From an uncultured Bacillales bacterium (GTDB lineage Bacteria > Bacillota_I > Bacilli_A > RFN20 > CAG-826): 64,000 nucleotides of DNA. Numbering within the stretch: position 1 is the stretch's first letter; the number at the start of each line of letters is the position of its first letter. The notes under the pieces were generated by a model that saw only the letters and a program-made list of their open reading frames with translations, did not search any database and was not told the DNA's origin. A program made the position numbers and the translations under genes. The stretch is taken from contig CAMYVX010000004.1 in the NCBI GenBank assembly GCA_947302535.1, forward strand, positions 221 through 64,220. The letters are read 5' to 3'. This document shows positions 1 to 9,144 of the stretch, in pieces.

Positions 1-1052
1 TTCATTTCTCCAACGAATGCAAAGGTAACATCTTTGCTTCCCAGAGCCTTGATGGCAGCGTTAACAAATTCGCTGTTGAAAGAGACTCTGAGATTTTGTC
101 CTTCGAATTTGAATAAATCAATTCTTTCAGTAGCGGATCCCATTTGTGAGCTCTTAGCGGAAACTTCAACGCCGTCTTCACTCATAGTGAGATCAACAAC
201 GTTTTCTCTGTCGATAGAAAGGATGTTGGCTCTATCAATGGCCTTTAATAAATCAGAGGCATTAACTTCTAGTGTGTAGTTAGTAATACGTGGAACAATG
301 TTCTTGGTATTTGGATATTCACCAGCAACCAAACGTGTAGCAACAACAGTTCTATCTAAGGAGAACAATGCTTTCTTATCGCTAAAAGCGATATGCACAG
401 CATCAACACCATCTAATAAGTGATTAACTTCCACCATCATCTTGGCAGGAACGTTAGCAACGAAAGAAACATCTTCTTCAATGTTGATGGTCTTTCTTGC
501 CATTCTTGCGGAGTCAGTGGCAGTTGCTGTTAATAATCCATCGGCCGCTTCTAAATTTAAAGCGGTAAGGATTGGCCTTTGTTCTTTGGTTGAGGCCGCA
601 AAAGCTGTTTGAGTAACCAATGAGTCAAAAACTTCTCTAGAAAGAACAATTTCTGTTCCGCTTGGAATTAAATCAAGGTCTGGATATTCTTCTGGTCTAA
701 TGCAGTTAAGTTTATATTCAGAGCGGTTATCTGCGATAGTAGCAATTGTGGAGTCAATAACATCAAAGGTAATTTCTTCAGATTCAATTTTACGAGCAAT
801 GTCGGTAATGATTTTGGCATTGATTAATGTCGCACCTTCTTTGTAATTACGGATAATTTCTACTCCGTTAAAAGAATAAGGAATAAATGTGCGGATAGAG
901 ATTTCATAATTTGAACCAGTAATAAATAATCCATTTTCATTTAATTCAATTTTTAAATTAAGCAAAACCGGAACAGCGGCTTTATTGGCAACAGCTCTAC
1001 CAGCAATGGTTAAGCCTTTTAAAAATTCTTCTCTTTTGATCGTAAATCTCAT
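1..1052 (-). CDS. dnaN: DNA polymerase III beta subunit (sliding clamp), partial; C-terminal part runs off the window start
   Basis: Reverse-strand translation starts at ATG (complement of 1050..1052) as MRFTIKREEFLKGLTIAGRAV..., typical of beta clamps. It lies immediately downstream of dnaA on the same strand. The ORF is cut by the window edge. Confidence 0.9.
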   Translation of the reverse strand, partial: MRFTIKREEFLKGLTIAGRAVANKAAVPVLLNLKIELNENGLFITGSNYEISIRTFIPYSFNGVEIIRNYKEGATLINAKIITDIARKIESEEITFDVIDSTIATIADNRSEYKLNCIRPEEYPDLDLIPSGTEIVLSREVFDSLVTQTAFAASTKEQRPILTALNLEAADGLLTATATDSARMARKTINIEEDVSFVANVPAKMMVEVNHLLDGVDAVHIAFSDKKALFSLDRTVVATRLVAGEYPNTKNIVPRITNYTLEVNASDLLKAIDRANILSIDRENVVDLTMSEDGVEVSAKSSQMGSATERIDLFKFEGQNLRVSFNSEFVNAAIKALGSKDVTFAFVGEM

Positions 1053-1094
1053 ATCAATTCCTTCTTTCTTTTATATATTAATAGTTATTATGCC

Positions 1095-1113
1095 TGTGGA
1101 TAATGTGGATAAC
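1095..1113. promoter_or_regulatory. Two DnaA boxes (TGTGGATAA x2) in the dnaA-dnaN intergenic region
   Basis: Exact 9-mers TGTGGATAA at 1095..1103 and 1105..1113, each the complement of the TTATCCACA consensus. Confidence 0.7.
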
Positions 1114-1193
1114 TCTATTTTTCTTTCAAACCCCGATACAAATAGATTCTATCATATTTGTTTTAAATTTAATATTTTTTTCAAAAATAAAAT

Positions 1194-2564
1194 TTATTGT
1201 GGCTTTATCATGGCTTGAAGTTCATCAACAGCGGTCCTTAGTGACTCATCAGTTTTCAACTCTTTATCCACCTTTGAGATGGCAGACATTACTGTTGTGT
1301 GATCTTTTCCCCCGAAGATAATCCCAATTTTTTGAAGCGAGACATCTAGATTGTTTCTAATTAGATACATAGCGATGTGTCTAGCTAACGCAATTTGACC
1401 AGTTCTTATTTTCCCGGTTAATTGAGACGGCACAAGATTATAGTAGTCAGCGACAATATTGATAATCTTGTTTTCGTTAATTTCGTCCCCGATGGATTTG
1501 TTTCCGGTAATGGATCCGATGGCTTCCACCGCATCATCAAGCGTAATTCTCTCTTCGTGATTAAGATTAATAATTGTGTAGAATATTAACCTATTTAAAG
1601 CACCCTCAAGGTCACGAACATTAGAGGAGAATTTATCAGCGAAAAATGTAAGCACAGATTCATCAAATCTAGTGAGGTCTAAACCGTTGGCAACGACCTT
1701 CTTTTTTAATATCTCAATACACGTATTTTTATCAGGTTCGTTAATTTTTACCGTTAATCCACGGCTAAATCTAGTAACAAGCCTTTCTTCTAGACCGCTT
1801 AATTCTGAGGGTTGTTTATCAGCGGTAATGACAATTTGTTTACCATGATTTGTCATATTCTCAAAGATAGAGAAAAATAACTCTTCTGTTTTATCCCTCT
1901 TTGCTAAAAATTGAACATCATCAAATAAGAGTACGTCAAAGCCTAGAACATAGTCTTTAATGGTTTCAGAATCCTTTTCCCCACGCACATATTTCACATA
2001 CTCTTCTAAGAATTCCATTGCCTGTACGTATAGCACCCTAGCACCAGGGCGCGAAACCTTTTGAATATAATTTCCAATCGCGTGTAATAAGTGAGTCTTT
2101 CCTAAGCCCGAATCCGAGTAGATGAATAAAGGATTAAACATCATACCTGGTTTAGATGCAATCATTAAAGCAGCTTGCGAAGCCTCTCTATTAAAATCAC
2201 CCACAACAAAACTTTCAAAAGTTAAAGTGTTTTTGATCTCTGCATCAGAGAAATAAACAGCCTTCTTTAAAGTTGAAGTAGTTGTGGATTTCTTTTGGAT
2301 TTCGTTTTCAAGTACAAATTCTAATTTGTAGTTCGTCTCTGTAAGTTCTTCAATGACTTCAGCGACTATGTCGTAATATTTCGTTTTAATGAGATTGGCG
2401 CCTAATTGGGAGTTGACCACTATTTGAATTGTGTCAACGTGTATTTCATTGATGTAAGACCCAGCGAAGAACGAATCGAATAATTGTTTCTCACCAAGTC
2501 TTTCTTCTATGCGTTTGAGAGCGCGATCCCATAGCTGTGTAATTTCTGATATTGATTGACCCAT
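1194..2564 (-). CDS. dnaA: Chromosomal replication initiator protein DnaA
   Basis: 456-aa ORF with the AAA+ Walker A motif (GDSGLGKTHL) and a C-terminal DnaA-box-binding helix-turn-helix. Canonical dnaA-dnaN arrangement. Confidence 0.97.
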   Translation of the reverse strand: MGQSISEITQLWDRALKRIEERLGEKQLFDSFFAGSYINEIHVDTIQIVVNSQLGANLIKTKYYDIVAEVIEELTETNYKLEFVLENEIQKKSTTTSTLKKAVYFSDAEIKNTLTFESFVVGDFNREASQAALMIASKPGMMFNPLFIYSDSGLGKTHLLHAIGNYIQKVSRPGARVLYVQAMEFLEEYVKYVRGEKDSETIKDYVLGFDVLLFDDVQFLAKRDKTEELFFSIFENMTNHGKQIVITADKQPSELSGLEERLVTRFSRGLTVKINEPDKNTCIEILKKKVVANGLDLTRFDESVLTFFADKFSSNVRDLEGALNRLIFYTIINLNHEERITLDDAVEAIGSITGNKSIGDEINENKIINIVADYYNLVPSQLTGKIRTGQIALARHIAMYLIRNNLDVSLQKIGIIFGGKDHTTVMSAISKVDKELKTDESLRTAVDELQAMIKPQ

Positions 2565-3025
2565 AATACAAAACCTAATTTTTGTGTCTACATTATATAG
2601 AAATCCACCAAGAAAAAATATGAGAAAATGGATAATTTTAAGTTTTCCACAAAAAATAGATTATTTACTAATAAGATTAAAGAGTTTTCCACAGTTTCCA
2701 CAATTTGCTTTTTGTGGATAAACCTGTGGATAAGTCGATATAATTGTGAAAAATGTGAAGTGCTATAAGAAGTTGATGTATAATGTAACAAAGTTACAAT
2801 TAAGAAAACCTACATTTTTAGTGTTGTAGTATAAAGGTATGTGGAAAACTCATTTTTTGACCATTTTTGACCTTTTGTTCGACTTAATTAAGCGACCCTT
2901 TCCCACAAAGTTGGTTCGTTTTCTATTTTTATTACACCTACACTTGCACGCACATATTTGTTGACTTTTAACTTGTTAAGCATTTATACTTTTAGACGCT
3001 ACGTTTACGGAGGAAATTATTTATT
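2565..3025. promoter_or_regulatory. oriC-like AT-rich region between dnaA and rpmH, with a DnaA box cluster and a candidate rpmH promoter
   Basis: TGTGGATAA at 2713..2721 and 2726..2734. Near-consensus boxes TTTTCCACA at 2643..2651, around 2686..2694 and around 2840. The rest is AT-rich. Candidate rpmH promoter: TTGACT at 2961..2966, an 18-nt spacer, then TATACT at 2985..2990. Confidence 0.75.
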
Positions 3026-3160
3026 ATGAAAAGAACTTATCAACCAAGCAAAATCAAACATCAACACAAAGCTGGTTTCAGAGCCAGAATGAAAACTGCT
3101 AACGGCAGACGTGTTTTAGCTCGTCGTAGAGCAAAAGGCAGAAAAGTCTTAACTGCTTAA
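3026..3160 (+). CDS. rpmH: 50S ribosomal protein L34
   Basis: 44-aa [47 protein letters not shown]. It is below the size cutoff of the ORF track. Canonical position upstream of rnpA. Confidence 0.95.
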   Translation: MKRTYQPSKIKHQHKAGFRARMKTANGRRVLARRRAKGRKVLTA

Positions 3161-3169
3161 TTTCCTTTT

Positions 3170-3508
3170 ATGAAAGTCATTAATCGAATTAAAAAAACCG
3201 ATGACTTTGTAATTGCGATTAGAAAAGGTAGAACTTATCGTAACGACGCATTTATTATTCACGTTATTCAAAACCACCAAAACAACACGAGAGTGGGAAT
3301 ATCAGTGTCTAGTAAATTAGGTAACGCGGTAGTTCGTAACCGCATTAAACGTCAATTAAGAGCGATGTGCGATTCCTTGATTGACTATAATGCTCAGACT
3401 TTAGATATTGTTATTGTTGTTAAAAACAAGTTTTTAGAAGATAGTTTTACCAATAACAAACACAAACTAGAAACAATTTTTGTTTCAGAGATAGGAATTA
3501 AACAATGA
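3170..3508 (+). CDS. rnpA: Ribonuclease P protein component
   Basis: 112-aa basic protein between rpmH and yidC. Conserved synteny. Confidence 0.9.
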   Translation: MKVINRIKKTDDFVIAIRKGRTYRNDAFIIHVIQNHQNNTRVGISVSSKLGNAVVRNRIKRQLRAMCDSLIDYNAQTLDIVIVVKNKFLEDSFTNNKHKLETIFVSEIGIKQ

Positions 3509-5049
3509 AGAGAAGTGCAAAGATAGGATTAGGTGCTGCCGCGCTTTTCATGGCCGCAACCTTTTTGACTGGATGTACTGCATCTTTCTGTAATGTTAAC
3601 GATAAAGCACACATGCTATTCATGTTTGACCCAGGCGTCACTATTTATACAAATAGCGAAACCCGTGTGGTTGACGATGAAACAGTTAATAACAAACAAT
3701 TAGTCATTGATGGAGTTGTTGTTGATGGTATTTATACATATACCAACTTCGACGCCAACAAATCTCTTAATGAAATTAAAGCCACTACTGATAAGAACGG
3801 ATTACGTTTCCCTTCAATAGATTATTGGGCGGCTTTTGACCAAATTGTTTTAGAAGAAGCTTTTAAGGCTAGTAATAAATCTATCGATAGCATTAAGAAA
3901 GCTGAAGACATCACTACTTATGATGCCCCAGAACTTTATAAAGAAGGGACTAGGGGATTTCTTGATGAATACGGCTATTTAAAATTTGGTGATGATGCCG
4001 AAAAAGATCAAGAACTTTGGGTGAATTGGGACAATATTAACGACAAGATTTATGTTGATGCCTCAACAAACCATAGCGAGAAATACAATGTTTACATTGA
4101 CGAGCTTCCAACTAGTGATTTTATCGCTCAATACAAAAAGAGCATGAATAACTACATTGCTAGCTACCGTTCATGTTTAGCTATTGAAGATGGTTATTAC
4201 GGTACATATGGTAAGAACGAATTACCAATTAAGATTGAAGGCAAGAAATGGACTGATTGGAATGGTCTATTAGAATTCTTGTTTGTCTGGCCAATTGGTG
4301 CGTTTGTTGACGTTTTAACAAGCGGCATGATTGGTGGCGGTGTGGCTAACGGCGCTGCCCAATTATTGGCTATTTTAATCGTCACTGTTGTTGTGAGAAG
4401 TATCATGCTTCTTATCACATTTAGATCAACCAGAACTACGGCAAAAATGAATGAACTACAGCCAGAAATAGCGAAAATTCAAGCAAAATACCCGAATTCT
4501 AACACGAATAATTATGAAAGACAGAAGATGGCGCAAGAAATGCAACGCCTCTACAAGAAGAACCGTGTTAATCCGCTTAGCTCATTATTAGTGATGATTA
4601 TTCAGTTCCCTGTCTTCATCTGTGTTTGGGGTGCTTTACAAGGTTCCGCTTGGTTATCAACCGGATCATTCTTAGGCTTACAACTTAGCAGTTCTATTAG
4701 CTCTGTTTTATTCTCCGCTGAGGGCTGGAGAACTGGCGGTGCTGCTACGGCATTAGTGCTCTTCTTATTGATGTCTATTGCTCAAGCTATCGCTATGCTT
4801 TTACCTCAATGGATTCAAAAACGCAAAGCTAAGAACGTCGCTAAACTTGGAAGAAACCCAGCTCAAAAATCACAAAACAATAAAATGAAATGGTTCACCT
4901 ATATTATGTTGATCATGATTATTATCATGGGCTTCTCTCTTGCTTCCGCTATGGGTGTTTATTGGTTTGTCGGTGCTTTATTCTCCATCGCTCAAACTTT
5001 AATTATGGAAGCTATCAATGCTAAAAAAGCAAAAAGGAGTAACAAATAA
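3505..5049 (+). CDS. yidC: Membrane protein insertase YidC/Oxa1 family, lipoprotein type with a long N-terminal extracytoplasmic domain
   Basis: Signal peptide with lipobox LTGC. C-terminal core carries the YidC TM helices (…RSTRTTAKMNELQPEIAKIQAKY…). Canonical position after rnpA. Confidence 0.9.
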   Translation: MKRSAKIGLGAAALFMAATFLTGCTASFCNVNDKAHMLFMFDPGVTIYTNSETRVVDDETVNNKQLVIDGVVVDGIYTYTNFDANKSLNEIKATTDKNGLRFPSIDYWAAFDQIVLEEAFKASNKSIDSIKKAEDITTYDAPELYKEGTRGFLDEYGYLKFGDDAEKDQELWVNWDNINDKIYVDASTNHSEKYNVYIDELPTSDFIAQYKKSMNNYIASYRSCLAIEDGYYGTYGKNELPIKIEGKKWTDWNGLLEFLFVWPIGAFVDVLTSGMIGGGVANGAAQLLAILIVTVVVRSIMLLITFRSTRTTAKMNELQPEIAKIQAKYPNSNTNNYERQKMAQEMQRLYKKNRVNPLSSLLVMIIQFPVFICVWGALQGSAWLSTGSFLGLQLSSSISSVLFSAEGWRTGGAATALVLFLLMSIAQAIAMLLPQWIQKRKAKNVAKLGRNPAQKSQNNKMKWFTYIMLIMIIIMGFSLASAMGVYWFVGALFSIAQTLIMEAINAKKAKRSNK

Positions 5050-5648
5050 TGAAATCATACGCTGCTAAGACAGTGGAAGAAGCATTAGAGTTTGCTGCTA
5101 ATGATTTGAATACCCCTGTTGAAAATTTAATCTATATTGTCTCTGACAAGAAAAAAGGCATCTTTTCAAAGAAAGTTGTTGTGGATATTTATGATCTTCC
5201 TGATGTCATTAAATACGCCGAAGATTATTTACTTCACATCACTGATGAATTAGGTGTTGAAAGTACAGTTAATACTCGTTTAGACGACGATATTATTCAT
5301 ATCACTATTGATTCCACTCATAATCCAATTTTAATTGGTAAAGGTGGTAAAACACTTCAAGCTTTCACTGAATTAACTAAGCTTGCTGTCTCTAACCATT
5401 TCCATAAGAGATTTAGAATCTTAATCGACGTTAATGGTTATAAGGATGTGAAGTATTCTCGCTTAAATAAATTAACTCGTAGACTTGCTCGCGAAGTGGC
5501 AAAGACAAAGGAAACTTATGTTTTCGAACCAATGCCAGCTGATGAAAGAAGAATCATTCATAACGCTTGCACAGGTATCGCTCATGTAAGAAGCGAATCC
5601 ACTGGTGAAGGACCACGTCGTAGAGTCCAATTAATTTACGTTGATTAA
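5049..5648 (+). CDS. jag: Jag/KhpB RNA-binding protein (KH plus R3H domains)
   Basis: 199 aa with a KH-like core (ILIGKGGKTLQAF) and a C-terminal R3H-like region. Canonical position after yidC, with a 1-nt start/stop overlap. Confidence 0.88.
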   Translation: MKSYAAKTVEEALEFAANDLNTPVENLIYIVSDKKKGIFSKKVVVDIYDLPDVIKYAEDYLLHITDELGVESTVNTRLDDDIIHITIDSTHNPILIGKGGKTLQAFTELTKLAVSNHFHKRFRILIDVNGYKDVKYSRLNKLTRRLAREVAKTKETYVFEPMPADERRIIHNACTGIAHVRSESTGEGPRRRVQLIYVD

Positions 5649-5657
5649 AATGAAATT

Positions 5658-5685
5658 CACCCTTTAGGGTGTTTTTCGTATTTAT
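5658..5685 (+). terminator. Intrinsic terminator or attenuator hairpin between jag and mnmE
   Basis: CACCC-TTTA-GGGTG stem-loop followed by TTTTTCGTATTT. Confidence 0.6.
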
Positions 5686-5689
5686 TGAT

Positions 5690-7012
5690 ATGTTTGAAAC
5701 AATTGTGGCGCTTGCTACCCCGCCAATGAAGGGTGCCTTAGGAATAGTACGTCTTTCAGGAGATGACTGTTTTGAAGTTGTCAGTAAAGTCTTTTCTAAG
5801 GACATAAGGAAGATAGATAAAAGAACTCTTTTGGTTGGCACTATAAGAGCGCAAGGAGAAAAGATTGATGATGTTGTTTTAGCGGCTTATAAAGGACCTA
5901 AGAGTTTTACTGGAGAAGATTCTGTTGAAATCATTTGCCACGGCTCTATGCTTGTTGCTAATCAGATTATAGAAGCATTGTTACAGAGTGGAGCTCGTAT
6001 GGCCACAAACGGCGAATTCTCTTCTCGTGCTTTTTTACATCAGAAGATCGACTTGGTTCAAGCAGAATCAATTAACGATTTAATTAACTCCACCACTAAC
6101 GAATCAAAAAAGATTTCTATGATGTCCTTAGATGGTAAAGTTAGTTCGGTTGTAAGACCAATCAAAAAATCTTTAGCGGATCTTTTGTCTTTAATTGAGG
6201 TTAACATTGATTATCCTGAATATGAAGACATAGAAGTCGCAAATAAAAACAAAATTGTCAAAGATGTAGCCGATATTAATGGAAAAATCGTCAAAATGAT
6301 TGGCGATGCTGAAAAAGCAAGAATAATCAAAGAAGGGTTAAAAATCGCTATTATTGGTAAACCTAATGTTGGTAAATCTTCTTTACTAAACGCTCTTCTT
6401 GGACAGGATAAAGCCATCGTTACAGATATTGCGGGTACTACTCGTGATATTGTTGAGGGCGATTTCTTATTAAAAGGTATTGTTGTTCATCTTCTTGATA
6501 CTGCTGGAATACGTGAATCAAATAATGTTGTTGAATCTTTTGGTATTGAGAAGAGTAAGAAAGCCATTGAAGAAGCAGATTTAATTATTGTTGTTTTAGA
6601 TGGTTCTCGTGAATTTTCTAAAGAGGACCAAGACATCATTGATTTATGTGGAGAGAAAAAGACCATTATTGTAAATAATAAAGCAGATATTATTAAGAAA
6701 AAAAATGCACTAAATATATCCGCGTTACACAAAGATATAGAACCTCTATTGAATGAGATGTATAAAGCTATTGGTTTAGAAGAAGATTCTTTCTTTAACC
6801 CAGCATTAAACAATGCACGTCAAATTGGTTTGCTTAAACAAGCCAAGGAAGCATTAGATAAAGCCAAAGAAGATGCTTTAAATGATCTTCCTGTGGAATT
6901 AATTGCTGTGTCTTTAAATATCGCTTATTCTGCGATTTTAGAAATTCTTGGTGAATCCAATCAAGTTGATTTTTCTAAAGAAATATTCTCACGCTTCTGC
7001 GTTGGTAAATAA
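5690..7012 (+). CDS. mnmE: tRNA modification GTPase MnmE (TrmE)
   Basis: N-terminus MFETIVALATPPMKGALGIVRLSG is the MnmE signature. G-domain motifs GKPNVGKSS and DTAG are present, and the protein ends in C-terminal CVGK. The ORF track starts at a GTG at 5669 that lies inside the terminator hairpin; the ATG at 5690 is more plausible. Confidence 0.93.
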   Translation: MFETIVALATPPMKGALGIVRLSGDDCFEVVSKVFSKDIRKIDKRTLLVGTIRAQGEKIDDVVLAAYKGPKSFTGEDSVEIICHGSMLVANQIIEALLQSGARMATNGEFSSRAFLHQKIDLVQAESINDLINSTTNESKKISMMSLDGKVSSVVRPIKKSLADLLSLIEVNIDYPEYEDIEVANKNKIVKDVADINGKIVKMIGDAEKARIIKEGLKIAIIGKPNVGKSSLLNALLGQDKAIVTDIAGTTRDIVEGDFLLKGIVVHLLDTAGIRESNNVVESFGIEKSKKAIEEADLIIVVLDGSREFSKEDQDIIDLCGEKKTIIVNNKADIIKKKNALNISALHKDIEPLLNEMYKAIGLEEDSFFNPALNNARQIGLLKQAKEALDKAKEDALNDLPVELIAVSLNIAYSAILEILGESNQVDFSKEIFSRFCVGK

Positions 7013-7014
7013 TT

Positions 7015-7782
7015 ATGCTTTTTGATACTCACTGCCATTTAAATGACGAAAAGTTGCTCGACCGTGTTGATGAAGTGATTTTGGACGCTAATAAAGCCGG
7101 AGTAACTCATTTTCTAGTTGTTGGTTGGGATAAAGAAAGCTCTTTTAAAGCTGTAGAGATTACCGAACAACACGAAAACGTTTATGCGATTATTGGCTTT
7201 CATCCGGAAAACGTCTTCGATGTTAGTGAAGAAGACTTTAACGAAACATTAGAACTATATAAGCACCCTAAGGTTGTTGCTATTGGAGAAATAGGCCTTG
7301 ATTACCATTGGACGAAAGATCCTATTAAAAGAGAAATCCAAAAAGAATATTTTATTAGGCAAATACAATTTGCTAACCACGTAGGTATGCCTGTATCCAT
7401 TCATAATAGAGAAGCGTTCGAAGACTGTTTAAATATCTTAAAAGAATATAAACCTCTATACGGTGGAGTTATGCATTGTTATTCAGGTAGTGTTGAACTA
7501 TTAGAAGACGTTTTAAAACTTGGTTTATACATTGGTTTAGATGGACCGTTAACCTTCTTAAACGCAAAAACCCCAAAGGAAGTATGCGAAAAAGTTCCTT
7601 TAGATAGATTACTCTTAGAAACTGATTGTCCCTACTTAGCACCACACCCGTTAAGAGGCACTATTAACGAACCTAAGAACATAGGATTAATTTTAGATGA
7701 AGTGGCAAGATTGAAAAATCTATCGAAAAAGCATATCGCTGATATCACGAGCCGGAATGCTAAAAAATTGTTTCACGTGTAA
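7015..7782 (+). CDS. tatD: TatD family metal-dependent DNase/hydrolase
   Basis: 255 aa, N-terminal DTHCHL motif, TIM-barrel hydrolase signature. Confidence 0.88.
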   Translation: MLFDTHCHLNDEKLLDRVDEVILDANKAGVTHFLVVGWDKESSFKAVEITEQHENVYAIIGFHPENVFDVSEEDFNETLELYKHPKVVAIGEIGLDYHWTKDPIKREIQKEYFIRQIQFANHVGMPVSIHNREAFEDCLNILKEYKPLYGGVMHCYSGSVELLEDVLKLGLYIGLDGPLTFLNAKTPKEVCEKVPLDRLLLETDCPYLAPHPLRGTINEPKNIGLILDEVARLKNLSKKHIADITSRNAKKLFHV

Positions 7783-7785
7783 ATT

Positions 7786-8319
7786 ATGAAACCAAAATTA
7801 GATTGTGTTTTAGTGGTTGAAGGGACACAAGACGCTTCCCTAATCTCTTCTTTATACGATGTTTGTATAGTGACCACAAATGGATACGAATGTCCTAAAG
7901 CTGAAATTGACTTTTTAAATAGGGCCAGTAGACTCTATCCAATTGTTATTCTTACTGATAGTGATGAGGCTGGAGAGAGTATACGAGTTAAACTGTCATC
8001 TATTAATAACACACAGCATGTTAGAGTAGATCCAAGTAAGTGTGACAAAAGGAATAAACACGGTGTTGCTGAATGTGATATTTACGAAATTAAGCGCGTT
8101 TTATCGCAATTTTCACATCAAAAGACGCAAAATTTTAGTTCAAACATCGAATTAAATGATTTAGCAAATATCGGATTGGATAAAGCAAAAAGAGAATATG
8201 TAGCCACTAAATTGAGTTTAGGTAAATGTAATAGCAAAACATTCATTAAACGAGTCAATTTGCTTGGAATTACATTAGACAATATAAAGGATGTATTAAG
8301 GGAATATGATAATCGATAG
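7786..8319 (+). CDS. rnmV: Ribonuclease M5 (Toprim domain)
   Basis: Toprim motifs VVEGTQD and LTDSDEAG. Conserved neighbour of ksgA in Firmicutes. Confidence 0.85.
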   Translation: MKPKLDCVLVVEGTQDASLISSLYDVCIVTTNGYECPKAEIDFLNRASRLYPIVILTDSDEAGESIRVKLSSINNTQHVRVDPSKCDKRNKHGVAECDIYEIKRVLSQFSHQKTQNFSSNIELNDLANIGLDKAKREYVATKLSLGKCNSKTFIKRVNLLGITLDNIKDVLREYDNR

Positions 8320-9106
8320 AAATAATATTAATGAGATTATTAATAAGACAGGGATAAGACCAGATAAAGATTATGGCCAGAACTTTTTAAGTGATTCTAA
8401 TACCTCCAAATTAATAGTGGATTCTTTAGAAATAAAAAGTGACGATTATGTACTTGAAGTTGGTCCTGGCTTAGGCTCACTAACTCATTTTATTTTGGAA
8501 AATCATGCAAAAACAGCGATTATAGACGTTGATGAAAGAATGATTAGTTTTCTAAATGCCGTTTATAAAGATAATAAAGATTTAGAAATCATAAATGAGG
8601 ATATTAGAAGAGTAAACATTCAAGATTTTACGAAAATTATTAGTAACCTACCTTATAATATTACAACTGAATTGGTTAATTACTTTTTAATCTATGGTAA
8701 AAAAGCAGCAACAATGGTGTTTATGTGCCAGAGCGAAGCATATCCTAGATTCTCTGATTTAAAAGGTAAAGAATATGGACCTAGTTCTATTCTTGTTCAT
8801 CTTTTGGGAACTATTGAAAAAGTTAAAGTTGTTCCACCCGGATCTTTTTACCCATCTCCTAAATGTACATCTACTGTTTTTAAAATTTCTATTAACAATC
8901 ATGATAGAGAAAAAGCCATCAATGTTTATAAGCTTTCTAAGCAACTATTTTTGAATAGAAGAAAGACAATTTATAACAACTTATCTACATATTTAAAAGA
9001 TAGAGAAAAGGCTTTATCTATACTAGAAAAAGCAAGCCTAAAGCCTAATCTTAGACCTGAAGAAATTGAGTATTCTAAGTTTATAGAATTATTTGATTTG
9101 ATTTAA
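8306..9106 (+). CDS. rsmA: 16S rRNA (adenine1518/1519-N6) dimethyltransferase
   Basis: SAM-binding motif VLEVGPGLGSLT plus the KsgA C-terminal domain. Synteny with rnmV. Confidence 0.92.
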   Translation: MIIDRNNINEIINKTGIRPDKDYGQNFLSDSNTSKLIVDSLEIKSDDYVLEVGPGLGSLTHFILENHAKTAIIDVDERMISFLNAVYKDNKDLEIINEDIRRVNIQDFTKIISNLPYNITTELVNYFLIYGKKAATMVFMCQSEAYPRFSDLKGKEYGPSSILVHLLGTIEKVKVVPPGSFYPSPKCTSTVFKISINNHDREKAINVYKLSKQLFLNRRKTIYNNLSTYLKDREKALSILEKASLKPNLRPEEIEYSKFIELFDLI

Positions 9107-9144
9107 CTTGTAGTTAAAATGTCCTAAATGTAATATTAAAGTGC

